Shown here piece after piece: positions 55,027 through 56,395 of a stretch of DNA of 56,395 bases; position 1 is the first letter of the stretch, and every line of letters starts with the position of its first letter. The position numbers and the translations under genes are program-made. This DNA is from a virus (taxonomy: Duplodnaviria; Caudoviricetes): IMG/VR virus record IMGVR_UViG_3300026037_000015, positions 1-56,395 of that record; one strand, written 5' to 3'. The notes beneath the pieces were generated by a model, which saw only the letters and a list, made by a program, of their open reading frames with translations, was not told the origin of the DNA and ran no database searches.

Positions 55027-55745
55027 GCTGGGACCCGGCCCACGACGACCGAGCCGAGGCCAACCGGACCCGCAAGGCCCTCGCGATCGCCGAATACGCC
55101 TGGCACCGTGGCCTCGACCCCGCTCACCTGGACGGCATGGACCAGGCCCTGCTCCGGCGGCTCGCCCGTGCTGCCGGTGTCTCCCCGCCGAATCGCGACG
55201 CCACCGGCGGGTACCCGACGTGGGAGACCGTCAGGTCCGGTCTGGCCAGGTGGCAACGTGAGCGACCCGACCCCCGCACCGAGACGCACGAGCACCAGGA
55301 CTGGTGCTCGTGCTGCCCCCGAGAGGACACCTCCACATGCGCATCGCCCGTCAGCTCCTCACCCGAGGTCTCATCGCCCGCCGTGGCCGGCGACTTCGTG
55401 CGGCCGCCGGTCAGCCCCGCCCGCCGCGCGGGCGCCACTGCACCTGACCCCGACCAGGTCTGGGTCCCGACCGGATGGGAGACGCTGCGGCAGCTCGCGC
55501 CGATCGACCCGGAGCGACTGAGGTGTTTCCGGTGCGACGGCCCGGCCGTCATCCTGTCGATCTCCCTCGCTGGTGACACCCGTGGGCGGTGCTGCTGGTG
55601 TCCTCCCCAGCCCGGGGAGTGGGGGGCCGACCTCAACTGGGTGCTCTCCCCGTGCCAGCGGCCCCTGCGCTGCTACTGCGGTCGCCATGAGGTCGACGCG
55701 GCCGTCGGCAGCCCCGCCCCGCAGGGGTGCCCGGCGCCGGTGTGA
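55023..55745 (+). CDS. Cys-rich hypothetical protein
   Basis: Multiple CxxC-like pairs. Confidence 0.6.
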   Translation: MSWDPAHDDRAEANRTRKALAIAEYAWHRGLDPAHLDGMDQALLRRLARAAGVSPPNRDATGGYPTWETVRSGLARWQRERPDPRTETHEHQDWCSCCPREDTSTCASPVSSSPEVSSPAVAGDFVRPPVSPARRAGATAPDPDQVWVPTGWETLRQLAPIDPERLRCFRCDGPAVILSISLAGDTRGRCCWCPPQPGEWGADLNWVLSPCQRPLRCYCGRHEVDAAVGSPAPQGCPAPV

Positions 55746-55751
55746 GGGCAG

Positions 55752-55832
55752 GCAGGGCCCCGACCGTAGCGGTCGGGGCCCTGCTGTATGTTCGCTCCCG
55801 CGAGGCCCTGCGACCCCCGAGGCAGGGCCTCG
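55752..55832 (+). terminator. two hairpins ending the replication operon
   Basis: GCAGGGCCCCGACCG/CGGTCGGGGCCCTGC (55752-55784) and CGAGGCCCTGC/GCAGGGCCTCG (55801-55832). Confidence 0.7.
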
Positions 55833-55900
55833 CACCATGCTCCGGCCCCGCCGCCGTTGAGCGACCTCCCGGTTCCCCGAACTTGTCGAAATAGGCAATC

Positions 55901-56167
55901 ATGTGTAATGCTGTCTCGCGTGACACACCAGACACGGGAGGCACGGTGACTGTGGTGACGGCCGACGAATCCCCTCCCCTCCTCACCGTCCGAGAAGCAC
56001 ACGCGATACTCGCCCCCCTCAACGTCTCATTGCGCACGACGTACCGACTCGCGTCATCCGGCCAACTCGGGCCCTACCGGTCCCTCATGGGGCTGCGCGC
56101 GATTCGGCTGCGGAAAGACGCAGTCGAGGCATACCTGAGGGCTCAGCAGCCCGGAGGCCAGCGATGA
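55901..56167 (+). CDS. excisionase-like HTH DNA-binding protein (true start possibly GTG near 55946)
   Basis: LLTVREA..IL....VS.RT.YRL..SGQL...IRL.K.AVEAYL. Confidence 0.8.
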   Translation: MCNAVSRDTPDTGGTVTVVTADESPPLLTVREAHAILAPLNVSLRTTYRLASSGQLGPYRSLMGLRAIRLRKDAVEAYLRAQQPGGQR

Positions 56168-56395
56168 ATCCCCTTGTCGACATGATCATTTATCTGGGCG
56201 TCCTGCTCGGTGCTGCCCTCATTGCGGCCGCCCTCATCCTCCGTCAGGTCCGCGCGGCCGCCGCCGCCAGCGCCGTCCCCACAGCCCCTCCCTCACCGCC
56301 TGAGGGCAGCCACATCCTGGTCCGGCCCGGCCAGCACGTCTGCGCCCTCCGTGAGGGCTACGACAGCCCTCATCAGGAGGGCGAGCCCGCCTGGA
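56164..56395 (+). CDS. 5' part of the membrane-anchored protein continuing to position 432
   Basis: GGAGG RBS, ATGA coupling to the xis-like gene, N-terminal TM. Confidence 0.7.
   Translation, partial: MNPLVDMIIYLGVLLGAALIAAALILRQVRAAAAASAVPTAPPSPPEGSHILVRPGQHVCALREGYDSPHQEGEPAW

Noticed and set aside
56269-56395. 127-bp terminal repeat as a biological terminal repeat or att site
   Set aside because: It is an exact overlap of a typical assembler k-mer length and falls mid-ORF, so it only shows circularity
1-56395. tRNA/rRNA genes, integrase, DNA polymerase, reverse transcriptase or diversity-generating retroelement
   Set aside because: No recognisable motifs by eye; absence needs confirmation with tRNAscan and HMM searches

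Overview
This looks like a complete circular genome (about 56,268 bp; bases 1-127 repeat exactly at 56269-56395) of a very GC-rich, siphovirus-type actinobacteriophage. Recognisable modules: packaging, head and tail (19.3-44.2 kb, mycobacteriophage cluster-B-like head); lysis (44.2-47.1 kb); a divergent XRE repressor/Cro-like switch (47.4-48.3 kb); and recombination/replication genes (Rad52-like SSAP, SAP-domain protein, two WhiB, an HTH initiator with internal iterons, DnaB; 48.4-54.7 kb). Three features stand out. (1) A four-gene DNA-hypermodification operon at 8.5-12.5 kb encodes a ParB-like protein, a C5-cytosine transferase with Arg replacing the motif-X Asn, an AsnB-type glutamine amidotransferase and a CmoA-like carboxy-SAM synthase. 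It is predicted to make 5-carboxymethylcytosine and then amidate it. (2) I found no integrase or ParA, but there is a clean 28-bp XerCD dif-like site at 6867-6894. (3) An actinomycete conjugation-type module (xis-like HTH, small membrane proteins, TraB/FtsK ATPase, DUF2637/Spd-like protein) sits just upstream of that site. Together these suggest a tailed temperate phage that uses host Xer recombination and may also spread by TraB-type conjugation. All calls come from reading motifs by eye; no searches were run.
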